From an uncultured Nitrososphaerota archaeon (lineage in GTDB: Archaea > Thermoproteota > Nitrososphaeria > Nitrososphaerales > CADDZS01), in NCBI GenBank assembly GCA_963799845.1, contig CAWCYI010000004.1, positions 1,408,001 to 1,472,000 on the forward strand: a DNA stretch of 64,000 nt. Reading direction: 5' to 3'. The translations under genes were made by a program, and so were the position numbers. Below the pieces are notes generated by a model. The model was not told the DNA's origin and made no database searches. It saw only the letters and a list, made by a program, of their open reading frames with translations. Each line of letters begins with the position of its first letter. Position 1 is the stretch's first letter. Below, piece by piece: positions 1-9,239 of the stretch.

Positions 1-1
1 C

Positions 2-613
2 GGTAGCATTTTACTCACCGTTTCTGTCGTCTCTTATTACATTTCGCATCCCGTCCACCTGCCCACCAACTCACCCGTACCTTCAATCTCGCAGTTTCCC
101 GGGATTTCTATGTTTTTGATCGGCATCATTTTGGAAGTAGGCATAATCTATGTAGCCTGGTTCTCTGTGTGGTTTAAGATGTGCAACTCAATGAAAAAGT
201 TAGGCAATGAACTATCTCAGCCGCGTCTTCGAACCGCCGGAAATCTGTACATCCTTCAAATTCTTGCAGTAGTTGCAGCGGGTTTGTCATTTCTTCTGGT
301 CTTTGTTTACGGAAACGTCTTCTCGCGATCATCATCATTCCTCGCCGAAGAAAAAAACCTCTTTCTCGGCATATTCGGCTACTTTACACTCGGGGGTTAC
401 TGGCCGATATTGGGATTGAGTTTCTTGTTTGAGAACCTATTGCTTGTTGTCGGTTCATACCTCGCGTATGGCGCCCTTGGATCTGCCTCTAGAAACCTAG
501 CTCCGATAGCACCGCCCCAAATGAACTCCGGACAATTTTGTCCCCACTGCGGACACGTAGTAGACCCTTCAAACATTTTTTGTCCCAGCTGCGGTTCGAA
601 ATTGAAGAACTAG
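2..613 (+). CDS. Membrane protein with C-terminal zinc ribbon (5' end truncated by window)
   Basis: The frame is open from position 2. It has several hydrophobic helices and a C-terminal CPHCG...CPSCG double zinc ribbon. Confidence 0.75.
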   Translation, partial: GSILLTVSVVSYYISHPVHLPTNSPVPSISQFPGISMFLIGIILEVGIIYVAWFSVWFKMCNSMKKLGNELSQPRLRTAGNLYILQILAVVAAGLSFLLVFVYGNVFSRSSSFLAEEKNLFLGIFGYFTLGGYWPILGLSFLFENLLLVVGSYLAYGALGSASRNLAPIAPPQMNSGQFCPHCGHVVDPSNIFCPSCGSKLKN

Positions 614-678
614 AAAGTCGAATTCTACTCTTCACCATGGGTATGCTCTTATGCATGGAAATCACACAATAATATAGA

Positions 679-945
679 ATGCTTTCGGAAACGGCTACAG
701 TAACCAGCAAGGGCATGGTCAACATACCCGCCAAGATCAGGAAAAAGTTCTCAATTAAAGAAGGAACTAAGATCGTATTCATCGAGAGTGAGAACGGAAC
801 CTTGCAGCTGATACCCGTACCACCACTGTCAGAGTTATTCGGAGTAGCTCGCGAACATAAGAACATTCTGATCGCTGGCATAAGGGAATTAGAAAGTGAG
901 CACAGGCGCGAGATAGCTCTTGACCGCGAGAAACGTAGTGATTGA
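679..945 (+). CDS. AbrB/MazE/SpoVT-family antitoxin (VapB-like)
   Basis: TVTSKGMVNIPAKIRKKFSIKEG AbrB signature; overlaps the downstream PIN gene. Confidence 0.9.
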   Translation: MLSETATVTSKGMVNIPAKIRKKFSIKEGTKIVFIESENGTLQLIPVPPLSELFGVAREHKNILIAGIRELESEHRREIALDREKRSD

Positions 946-1321
946 TACAGGCGTTCCGACTCTATTCTTTACCGGAGAGGCTAGAGTACGAACTGCCTTC
1001 ATAGAGTTTGAGAGAGGCAGAACTAATGGATACATTACGTCAGTGAATCTTTCTGAATTCTATTACAAGACATGTGAGAAGATGGGAGAAGTCGCGACGC
1101 TGTGGTACCATCAATGTAGAGAACTACTTCAAATTCTCGAGACCGACCGAGAATTGTGTCTCTTGGCGGGAAAGGAAAAATGCCATCGAGGCACAAGTCT
1201 TTCACTTGCTGACTGTTTTGCTCTTGCTGCCGCAAAGAGTTTGAACGGCACTTTGATGACCACTGATCCGGAGCTCGAGAAGGTCAAGGAAGTCGATGTG
1301 AAGTTCTTTGATGTGAGTTGA
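920..1321 (+). CDS. vapC: PIN-domain toxin (VapC-like)
   Basis: PIN motifs VVIDTG, SVNLSEFYY, LSLADCFALA and LMTTD. Confidence 0.9.
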   Translation: MTARNVVIDTGVPTLFFTGEARVRTAFIEFERGRTNGYITSVNLSEFYYKTCEKMGEVATLWYHQCRELLQILETDRELCLLAGKEKCHRGTSLSLADCFALAAAKSLNGTLMTTDPELEKVKEVDVKFFDVS

Positions 1322-1401
1322 GTACTCGGTCGACGGTGAGGCATGTAGAAACCGAAGATGGCGCGATCAGATTATCCGTTCCGCAGCAGGGTTGATGATA
1401 T

Positions 1402-2859
1402 CTAGATGGAGAACGCATAAACTGCATCATCGCCTGCAGCAAAAACGAGCCCACCAGCTGCAGACGGCGTGACAAAATGTACCTCGCTGCCCAGAGAGTA
1501 GCTGAATATCGCAGTTCCATTCAACGCGTTTACAGCATGTAGCATGGCTAAATCCTGGTCAATAGTCCACACCGCCCCGCCTGTAACTATCGGAGAATTG
1601 GCGTAGAAACTGGTATTGTTCCAGAGGACGGAGAAGGTATAACCCTCCACCTTTAGGGCAAAGAGGCCGTTGGTGCACGGGACATAGATCACCGGCGAAA
1701 CGTAAGCGGTCCCACCGAAGGCCTCGTTGCATACCTTGAGCGAGAATTCTTCGCCCCCGACCCCTCCCAGACTGGATTCATTCAAAAGATAGCCGATTCC
1801 CTGCTTTCCGATCTGGAATATTGTATCGTTACCGAGGATCGTCGGGGCGAGCGATCCAAGATCACTGTCGTTTGCATTCAACGCCGCCCAGCTCGAAGGA
1901 GCGAAATAGTCGGTCTCGTTCAGACCGAACGAAAGATGGATGACCGCGTTTCCAAAGTCAAAGACAGATCCCGACGCGCTGTTTCCCGTTGCCGCGAAAA
2001 CTCCCGTCGAATCAATCGCGACCCCCGATGGAGCCCATATCCCTCCCTCCCGGCCCGTCGGCGCCTGGTATGAGAGCGTGGCGGACGAGTTATCCTCGTG
2101 CACGCCCAAAACATAGCCATAATACTGGCCGCAGTCGCCGGCCAGACCACCGTACGGTATGTAGATGGTGCCATCCGCCAGAGAAAGCGCACCCCTCTGT
2201 TGCTCCACGAGTGGGCTCACGCCGGGAGGATCAACTACACGCTGGAACGCGACATCACCCGATTTCAGATTTAGGGCAAAGAGGACATGATGCTGCGGGT
2301 AGAGGTACGCGACCACAAAGATCTCGCCCTCAGAGGAATCAATTACGGGAGTGCCCGTAATTCCGGACGGGTCGATGTCGCCACAGGGCAGAGTATTTCC
2401 GGGCACGGGAGTGCCGAGGTTTGTTCGCCATATGACCTGGCCGGTACTCTCGTTTAGAGCATAGGCGGAATCGTTTTCAGTGACCACGTAGACCGCACCG
2501 CTATCGATGAGCGGCTCGGCATAGATTGCACCGTCCAGAGTTTGAGATTGCCACACAAGACTCGGTGCAGAAATCGCAACAGAGGGCTCGTCGGGGTCGT
2601 AACCGTCCCGCGCAAGGTCTCTGTGGTACGTAAGCCAGCTGGAGGAAAAGTTTGGCGAGGACGGAGTGAATGTGGTGGTACTGGTCTGCGAAGTAAATGC
2701 GCTTGTCGGCGATTGAGTAATTATGCTACTTGAGGTCGTGAATTCGGATGAGATAATTGTGGAAGCGGAAAGAAAGGCATACGCGGCTGCGAGACCGATC
2801 GCGATGATTACGATTACGACAGCGACGATGAAGGTCAGCCGGAAACCCGAGCTTAACAT
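1402..2859 (-). CDS. Membrane-anchored PQQ-like beta-propeller repeat protein
   Basis: N-terminal TM helix, Ser/Thr-rich linker, SWLTYHRD..RDG motif and repeated 'ALN..TG..IW' propeller blades. Confidence 0.85.
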   Translation of the reverse strand: MLSSGFRLTFIVAVVIVIIAIGLAAAYAFLSASTIISSEFTTSSSIITQSPTSAFTSQTSTTTFTPSSPNFSSSWLTYHRDLARDGYDPDEPSVAISAPSLVWQSQTLDGAIYAEPLIDSGAVYVVTENDSAYALNESTGQVIWRTNLGTPVPGNTLPCGDIDPSGITGTPVIDSSEGEIFVVAYLYPQHHVLFALNLKSGDVAFQRVVDPPGVSPLVEQQRGALSLADGTIYIPYGGLAGDCGQYYGYVLGVHEDNSSATLSYQAPTGREGGIWAPSGVAIDSTGVFAATGNSASGSVFDFGNAVIHLSFGLNETDYFAPSSWAALNANDSDLGSLAPTILGNDTIFQIGKQGIGYLLNESSLGGVGGEEFSLKVCNEAFGGTAYVSPVIYVPCTNGLFALKVEGYTFSVLWNNTSFYANSPIVTGGAVWTIDQDLAMLHAVNALNGTAIFSYSLGSEVHFVTPSAAGGLVFAAGDDAVYAFSI

Positions 2860-2863
2860 GATA

Positions 2864-3886
2864 TCACCGGGAGGCGACGCGATAAATTTCGTTGCAGACT
2901 TTGATCAGACCCGGGAGCTCCCCTGGATCGAGCGCCTGCGCGGCGTCGCTCAGCGCTTCTTCCGGGCGATCATGAACCTCGATCATCAGTCCGTTTGCCC
3001 CGCACGCGATCGAAGCCTTGCTCATTGGGAGGATGAGGTCGCATCGGCCGGTTCCGTGGCTGGGATCGACGATGACCGGAAAAGGGGTTTCTTTTTTCAA
3101 AAGCGGTACCGCATTAAGGTCCAGAGTAAATCGCGTAGCTGGCTTGAACGAGCCGCCGAGAGGAGTGATCCCGCGCTCGCAGAGCAGGAGCTGTCTGTTC
3201 CCGTGCGCCGCGATTCTCTCGGCGAAGCTCAGGTATTCATCGATCTGCGCGGAAAAGCCGCGCTTGAACAAGATTGGTTTTTTCGTCTTGGCGCAGGCTT
3301 CGAGGAGGTCCTGGTTGTACATGTTTCGCGCGCCGATCTGCAAAATATCTGCGTACTTTGCTACCGTCTTTACATCGAACTCGCTTCGAATTTCTGTGAC
3401 GGTGGGCATGGAAAGATCATTTCCAACGTCTTTCAAATGCTTCAACCCCGTAATGCCAAGCCCCTGGAAGGAGTGAATGGAGGTACGCGGTTTATACGCG
3501 CCGCCGCGGAGTATGTGGGCGCCGGCTTCCTTCACCTTCTTCCCAATTCGACGGAGTTGCTCGTAGCTTTCGATTGAGCACGGGCCCGCGATGTAGACCG
3601 GAGGGTTTTCGCCGCCGATTTTCACGTCGCCGACCTTGACAACAATGTCGCGGTGGATGTAGCTCCGACTGACCAGACGGTAGGGAACCAGAATCGTAAT
3701 CACTTCTTGCACCCCTGGTAGCGAACCCAGAAATTCAAGATCTATCTTTTTTTCGTCGCCGATGATTCCAATAACGTTCTGGAACTCGCCGAACATCGTG
3801 TCGGTTTTGAGACCGGATGCCCTGATCGTTTTTAGGACGCGGGACATTTCCTTTGGAGAAGCTCCCGGCTTCATTACGACACTCAT
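2864..3886 (-). CDS. aroF: 3-deoxy-7-phosphoheptulonate (DAHP) synthase, type I-beta, with N-terminal regulatory domain
   Basis: Motifs IAGPCSIES, RGGAYKPRTS, QIGARNM, LCERGI, DPSHGTG and IEVH. Confidence 0.95.
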   Translation of the reverse strand: MSVVMKPGASPKEMSRVLKTIRASGLKTDTMFGEFQNVIGIIGDEKKIDLEFLGSLPGVQEVITILVPYRLVSRSYIHRDIVVKVGDVKIGGENPPVYIAGPCSIESYEQLRRIGKKVKEAGAHILRGGAYKPRTSIHSFQGLGITGLKHLKDVGNDLSMPTVTEIRSEFDVKTVAKYADILQIGARNMYNQDLLEACAKTKKPILFKRGFSAQIDEYLSFAERIAAHGNRQLLLCERGITPLGGSFKPATRFTLDLNAVPLLKKETPFPVIVDPSHGTGRCDLILPMSKASIACGANGLMIEVHDRPEEALSDAAQALDPGELPGLIKVCNEIYRVASR

Positions 3887-4039
3887 GCAGAAATGTCACT
3901 CCGTTTCGAGAAGTGGTTTTGGCCGGGGAAGACTGGCGTATTTGATCAACGGCCTTTATCACAGAATCAACGAGCTCGTTTTAAGTTTGGCGAGCCAGGA
4001 TCGAAATCTTCTAAAAACTGCATTAGAATAATCGGACTC

Positions 4040-4462
4040 ATGGGGAAGAGCAGGCCGTCAATAATTGCGGGCGGAATACTCGCGATCGTTGGCGGAGCTC
4101 TCATCATCACGAGCGGGTATCGAACGGGAAGTTTTCTAGTTACAGCAGCGTCCTACTCGGAAGCGAAATTCGGATCGTTCTTGTCGGGGCAGGAGCTTTC
4201 GGCCATACAGATCGCGCTGATCGTTCTGAGCTTTGTCATCAGTTTCGGAGGACTTTTAGCCATCCTTGGCGGTGTGCTCGTGATTTCAAAGCACCTGACA
4301 ACCGGGAAGATTTTGATTGGTCTGGGAGGCGGAGTGGGGTTTATCGGGATCGCGATCTCGGTCGGATACGCGATTTACGTGAACGGGTTTTCAGTACTCG
4401 TCGCGCATATTGACTACTGGGTGGGAGTGCTCATCGCGAGCATAGGAAGATATCTAGCGTGA
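4040..4462 (+). CDS. Gly-rich multi-pass membrane protein
   Basis: Four hydrophobic segments. ATG at 4040 is more plausible than the upstream start. Confidence 0.75.
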   Translation: MGKSRPSIIAGGILAIVGGALIITSGYRTGSFLVTAASYSEAKFGSFLSGQELSAIQIALIVLSFVISFGGLLAILGGVLVISKHLTTGKILIGLGGGVGFIGIAISVGYAIYVNGFSVLVAHIDYWVGVLIASIGRYLA

Positions 4463-4463
4463 T

Positions 4464-4724
4464 TCAGCTTGTGTCGAGGAAGCCCGCGTCCTCGGTTGCG
4501 ACCTTTTCCATCGCGGATTTTGCGGGCCCTTTTGCGAAGACGCCCAGCGCGCCCAGTTCCATCTCGGCGTGATAATTTATCTGGGCGCCTTCCTGACTTT
4601 TGATCGTCACCGATTTCATAAAGTCGGGGTGATGCTTCGGGAGGTTCTCAGGATGCGTAAAATATTCAATCACTTTAGGAACTGGAGCTTTTGTCTGACG
4701 GGAAAAATCCCACTTTGTTGCCAT
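4464..4724 (-). CDS. SRPBCC/START-like protein, apparently internally shortened
   Basis: The N-terminus 'KAPVPKVIEYFTHPENLPKHHP' is typical of SRPBCC, but the protein is only 86 aa. Confidence 0.55.
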   Translation of the reverse strand: MATKWDFSRQTKAPVPKVIEYFTHPENLPKHHPDFMKSVTIKSQEGAQINYHAEMELGALGVFAKGPAKSAMEKVATEDAGFLDTS

Positions 4725-4996
4725 GATAGTTTTTCACGCGGCGGAGCGGTTATTTAAAGAAAATATGTTCTTGACTCATTATTCACGAGCTTCGGTCACG
4801 ACATAGGAACTATCGCTCTGAAATTATGGCAAACGTGTTGCCGCTCTCTCGGATCCTTGAAAAGTTAGCGTGGCCCTACCAAGTGTCTAAAGAACTTTAG
4901 ATCGTTTTTGACGTCAGTACTGCCCATGTACGGAAATCGCAGTTGCCACGACGATTATCTTTTCAATGAAGACGCCAATCATTTAAGGCGATCAGG

Positions 4997-5293
4997 CTAA
5001 TCCTTGCGTTCGTCTTCCTTTTCCTTGATCTCTGCCCATTGATGTCCGCAGTGCTTGCATTTGTAAGAGTACTGGAATTTCTCAACATCGACATAGACAG
5101 GCTCGGTTTCTCCAAGCTCAACATATGATCCTGGGTATCCGCCGAAATAATCTTCAGAAATCGGCACGGATTCTTTGATGGTTTCAGAACCTACGAGTTC
5201 CTCGCTTACGAGTCTAATTTCAAATCTCTTTCCACAATTAGGACACCTTCGAAAGAAGGTCTCAATACTGGACATTGTTTTCGGTTTTCCCAC
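4997..5293 (-). CDS. Small zinc-ribbon protein
   Basis: CPNCG ... YKCKHCGHQW motifs. Confidence 0.8.
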   Translation of the reverse strand: MGKPKTMSSIETFFRRCPNCGKRFEIRLVSEELVGSETIKESVPISEDYFGGYPGSYVELGETEPVYVDVEKFQYSYKCKHCGHQWAEIKEKEDERKD

Positions 5294-5430
5294 AAGTATC
5301 TATTAAAGGAAACGAAACGGTTCAGGAACAAACAAGTCATCTTCAAACTTCCTCCGTAGCAACATGAAGCCCAAAACATCGAATCTTGGGTCAAACATAA
5401 ATCAGAGTACGTAATTCTGTCTAAGCGAAT

Positions 5431-6205
5431 TTGCAAGTTAGCGCGACGAAGAGCGTTGGGAGGACTCCAAAGAAATACTTGGAATTGCAAAAGGAGCTCA
5501 GTTCCAATGATCGAAAGGCAAAATTCGTGATGTACCTTTTCTCCGAAGGTCCCAGAGAATACGATTTTCTCCTCAAGATACTTAGCATGGGGCGCGACGT
5601 CTACTGGAGAAATTCAATCATTGAAAAAGCACGACCGTCCAAGGGAGGAAGGGTGCTGGATATTGCCTGCGGAACGGGGCTCGTCTCGTACCAGTTTGCC
5701 TCCCACGGGAATTCGGTTGTAGGAATAGACGTGACAAGAGAGATGCTTACCAGAGCCCTCGCCCTACGAGACGGCAAGAACGCAAAAGACGTGGATCTAA
5801 TCCAGGCAAGAGCTGAAAATCTGCCCCTGAGATCCAACGTCTTTGACTGCGCCACGATCAGCCTCGCTACCAGGAACGTATCAAATGTTTCGTCCACATT
5901 TCAGGAAATGGGAAGATGCGTCAAGACGGGCGGCCCCGTGATCTCGATGGACTTTACCAGACCTAGGGGAAGGGTTTTTGGGGCGTTTTACAATTTCTAC
6001 ACTTTCCGAGTCCTGCCGACTCTTGGGATGGTGATCTCAAGACACTGGAATGGAATCTTCGCCTATCTTGCCGGTTCGATCGAGCGATCCAAGACTCCCG
6101 AACAGCTCATCACAGATCATGGAAGGTGTCGGACTGGAGAACGCTGAAGTCAAGAGGATGACCCACGGAGTGACCGCACTGGTCACGGGATACAAAATCA
6201 CATGA
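5431..6205 (+). CDS. UbiE/MenG-family methyltransferase (apparent frameshift at ~6104-6108)
   Basis: Motifs VLDIACGTG, AENLP and ISLATRNV. The C-terminus 'SQIMEGVGLENAEVKRMTHGVTALVTGYKIT*' continues in the +1 frame after AGCT at 6104. Confidence 0.85.
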
Positions 6206-6224
6206 ATTGGGCCGCCTTGAAAAC

Positions 6225-6956
6225 ATGACATCCCAGAAACCCGCGTGGTACGCACTTGATGGACGTGGAACGTTATCCGACATAGTGAATCTCCTCCATC
6301 CGCCCTACACCCTGTGGCATCTGTCTTACATCGTAATTGGAATCGCGCTATCTCCGGTGATTCATGCTGATCGCTCGATAGCCGTCCTCGTTTCCTATTT
6401 TCTCGGGCTGGGTGTCGGAGCTCATGCACTTGACGAAACTATGGGTAACCCGCTTCAAACAAGATTATCCCGGAACAAACTTTACCTGATCGGATTCTCC
6501 TCGCTTACGGCCGCAGTCTCGATCGGGCTGTATTACGTTTTCACGGTGTCGCTGTTAATCCTCCCAATTATACTGGCTGAAGTTTTTTTCGCGCTGGCGT
6601 ACAACCTGGAAGCTTTTGACAAGAGGTTTCACAACACCTTCGTTTTCGCGCTATCCTGGGGAATCTTACCATTCCTTACGGGATATTTCATCAACTCCCT
6701 TTCTCTCAGCGCTGGAGTGCTAGCCGCTTCGGTTGGCATCGGGTTACTGACATATGTCCAGCGAACTCTCAGCCTTCAAGCAAGATCGATCAGGAGAAAC
6801 ATTCACTCGCCGATACAAAAGTTGAAACTGGAAAACGGGGACGAAATCAGCGTGACATCCAAAGACCTGATCTCGCCGGCAGAAAAATCTCTAAAGGCGC
6901 TGACGCTCATGATATTCGTTTTCGCTATCGCGCTGTTACTTCAAAGGCTCGCTTGA
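6225..6956 (+). CDS. UbiA-like polytopic membrane protein
   Basis: About 7-8 TM helices with LLHPPYTLWHLSY, AHALDET and AYNLE motifs; directly follows the UbiE-like gene. Confidence 0.6.
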   Translation: MTSQKPAWYALDGRGTLSDIVNLLHPPYTLWHLSYIVIGIALSPVIHADRSIAVLVSYFLGLGVGAHALDETMGNPLQTRLSRNKLYLIGFSSLTAAVSIGLYYVFTVSLLILPIILAEVFFALAYNLEAFDKRFHNTFVFALSWGILPFLTGYFINSLSLSAGVLAASVGIGLLTYVQRTLSLQARSIRRNIHSPIQKLKLENGDEISVTSKDLISPAEKSLKALTLMIFVFAIALLLQRLA

Positions 6957-7028
6957 TTTTGCAACATGTTTAATGAATCGGGTTTCTGCGGCCACGAAAT
7001 GTAATTGAACTGTAACGGGGCCGATGAA

Positions 7029-8524
7029 TTAAGGCGGAGGAGGTTCAAGGTCGTCTTCGCCGCGGATCGTTTTTTCATACGACCTTTCAACGTAATATCT
7101 TTCATACAGCGAAATATGCTGGTCTTCTATCTGCATCAGGTACTCGTGGACTCGTTGCGCCGCTTCCCGGCCCGACCCCATGGCTTTTACGACGAGCGTC
7201 TCTCCTGCAGTAACATCGCCAGCGGCGAAGACTCCAGAAAGCGAGGTCCTGTAATGGTCGTCTATCGCAATCGAATTTTTCTTTCCGGTATTGAGTCCAG
7301 CCTGTGTCTGGAGGAAAGAGTTCGGACCTCTTCCAATCGCGAGCAGTACTGCGGAGCACTTTAACGTGTACTCCTGTCCGGGAACGGGCTCGGGACTTCT
7401 CCTGCCCGTCGAATCCGGCTCGCCGAGTTTCATCGTATTCATCAGAACCGATGTAAGTTTTCCCTGGTCACCGAGGTATGCTTTCGGATCGGCAAGAAAC
7501 TTGAACTGGATTCCCTCGTCCCTCGCTTCATCGAGCATTATTGGATCTGCAGGCATCTCATTTTCCGTCCTTCGATAGACGATGGTAACATTTCCCTGCG
7601 CGAGTCTTAGAGTCTGTCCTGGCATCATCAAGCGCAGAGTCTCCTCCTCCAATCACCATCACGTCAGTTCCGAGATCATACATTGGGTTTTTCAGATACG
7701 ATTGGACGCCGTTCACGAAAACATCCTCCAGAAACTTGTAGCCATCGAACACACCTTTCAGGTCGATGCCCGGTGTATCGAGCTGAACCGGATATTTCAG
7801 CTCCCGTCGTTATGAGCACCGCGTCGGCATTATCCGAGAGCAATTGTGATAGAGACAAGTCCTTCCCGATCTTGAGGCCAGTTTTTATCTCGACTCCGCG
7901 TCCCTTGATTCGATCTGTCTCATATCCAAGCACATTCTTCGGTAGGTGATAGTCCGGGATGCCGTACCACGCCGTTCCGCCAGGGGCTACAAGTTCTTCA
8001 TAGATCGTTACCGCATGTCCGTAACGCTGCAAAAGAGAAGCGGCCGCAAGACCCGCTGGTCCCGATCCGACTATAGCAACACGCTTTCCGGTCCTGGCAT
8101 CTGCGTTGGGATCGGGCTGTCGGGATTCCGTTTGCTCCCAATCCGTAACAAATCTCTGCAGCATCCCGATGGAAATCGGCTGACCTTCCCAGTGCATGAC
8201 GCACGCATCTTCGCACAGACCTTGAAGTTGAGGACAACACCTAGCGGTGACTCCGGGCAAATCGTTGGTGTCCGATATCCTGACGAATGCAGTTTTCAGG
8301 TCGCCTCTGGAGACCGCTTCGCACATCCCCCTCACGTCCATCTGAACGGGACACGCATCAATGCAGACGGGAGTGCCGCAGAGAAGACATCTCTTCGCCT
8401 CCTCGATGGCCTGCTCTAAATTGTAGGGCTGCTCGACTTCAGAAAAATCATTTTTCCGTTTACTAGGATCTGACTTTGGAAAAGGGAATGGTCCAACCCT
8501 GTTGGGATTTACCTGGGTGCTCAG
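7029..8524 (-). CDS. GltD/SudA-like NAD(P)-dependent Fe-S flavoprotein oxidoreductase (two apparent frameshifts)
   Basis: Motifs EAKRCLLCGTPVCIDACP, VAIVGSGPAGL, VIGGGDSALD, YRR and VFAAGD are spread over three frames. Shifts are at ~7799 and ~7613. The frame is open upstream to a CTG at 8524. Confidence 0.9.
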
Positions 8525-8556
8525 TTATACCGCCTGTCTTCAATTTCCTTGGAAAT

Positions 8557-9183
8557 TCATCCGGTTGAATATAGTAAATACGAAGCAGCCGACAGCGGAA
8601 GGCCGATGTCCGCAAGCTCGTCACCAAGCCTTACTTCGTGTTTCAGTTTTCCCAGACCTGAAAGCGTACCGACATCGACTCCCCGGTGCCTGTTGAGTCT
8701 CTCCCTCGTTTCAAGATCGATTTCATTGACGTCGTGATAAGGGAAATTCACGAGCCTGCAGATGTACTTTGTTCCGCTCAGGTGGTGTTTCATCGATTTC
8801 CCCTCTGGAAGACTCTTGAACATGTAAACCTGGTTACCATGAGAAAAACAATTGGTCTTGATTTTCAATATCAGTTTCCCAGCTCCCTCGTAAACCGTCG
8901 TGGAAAAGGGAGATAACACTCCGTCAACCTTGGGATCAAAATGAAAAATCTTGGAACCATCTTCTGTTCGAAGTAAAGTACCCAGAACATTCTCTTTTTC
9001 AAGATGAGCGACCAATTTCCCAGATTGCATGATATCTGCATCCCTTGGGCTACCCGTCCTTCGCACGACGTATTCCACTTCCAAAGGATCTCTATCGAAT
9101 GATATTTTGAACGATCCCCACATTTGAAGTTTCGCGAGAAATTTTCCGGGATAAGTGTATACTCTATTGATTTTTGACAACAA
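8557..9183 (-). CDS. Hypothetical protein (possibly tubby C-terminal/LURP-like fold)
   Basis: 208-aa ORF with beta-rich composition ending in a hydrophobic helix. Confidence 0.6.
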   Translation of the reverse strand: MLSKINRVYTYPGKFLAKLQMWGSFKISFDRDPLEVEYVVRRTGSPRDADIMQSGKLVAHLEKENVLGTLLRTEDGSKIFHFDPKVDGVLSPFSTTVYEGAGKLILKIKTNCFSHGNQVYMFKSLPEGKSMKHHLSGTKYICRLVNFPYHDVNEIDLETRERLNRHRGVDVGTLSGLGKLKHEVRLGDELADIGLPLSAASYLLYSTG

Positions 9184-9239
9184 TGTTGAAAAAAGGAATT
9201 ATTAGCTGAATTCAGCCTCGTCCCTGGCAATCGATCCGA

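Noticed and set aside
2723-3577. Long + strand ORF (284 aa) and similar antisense ORFs (e.g. 16108-16725, 46298-46843, 58683-59210)
   Set aside because: These are shadows of well-supported genes on the opposite strand and have no motifs.
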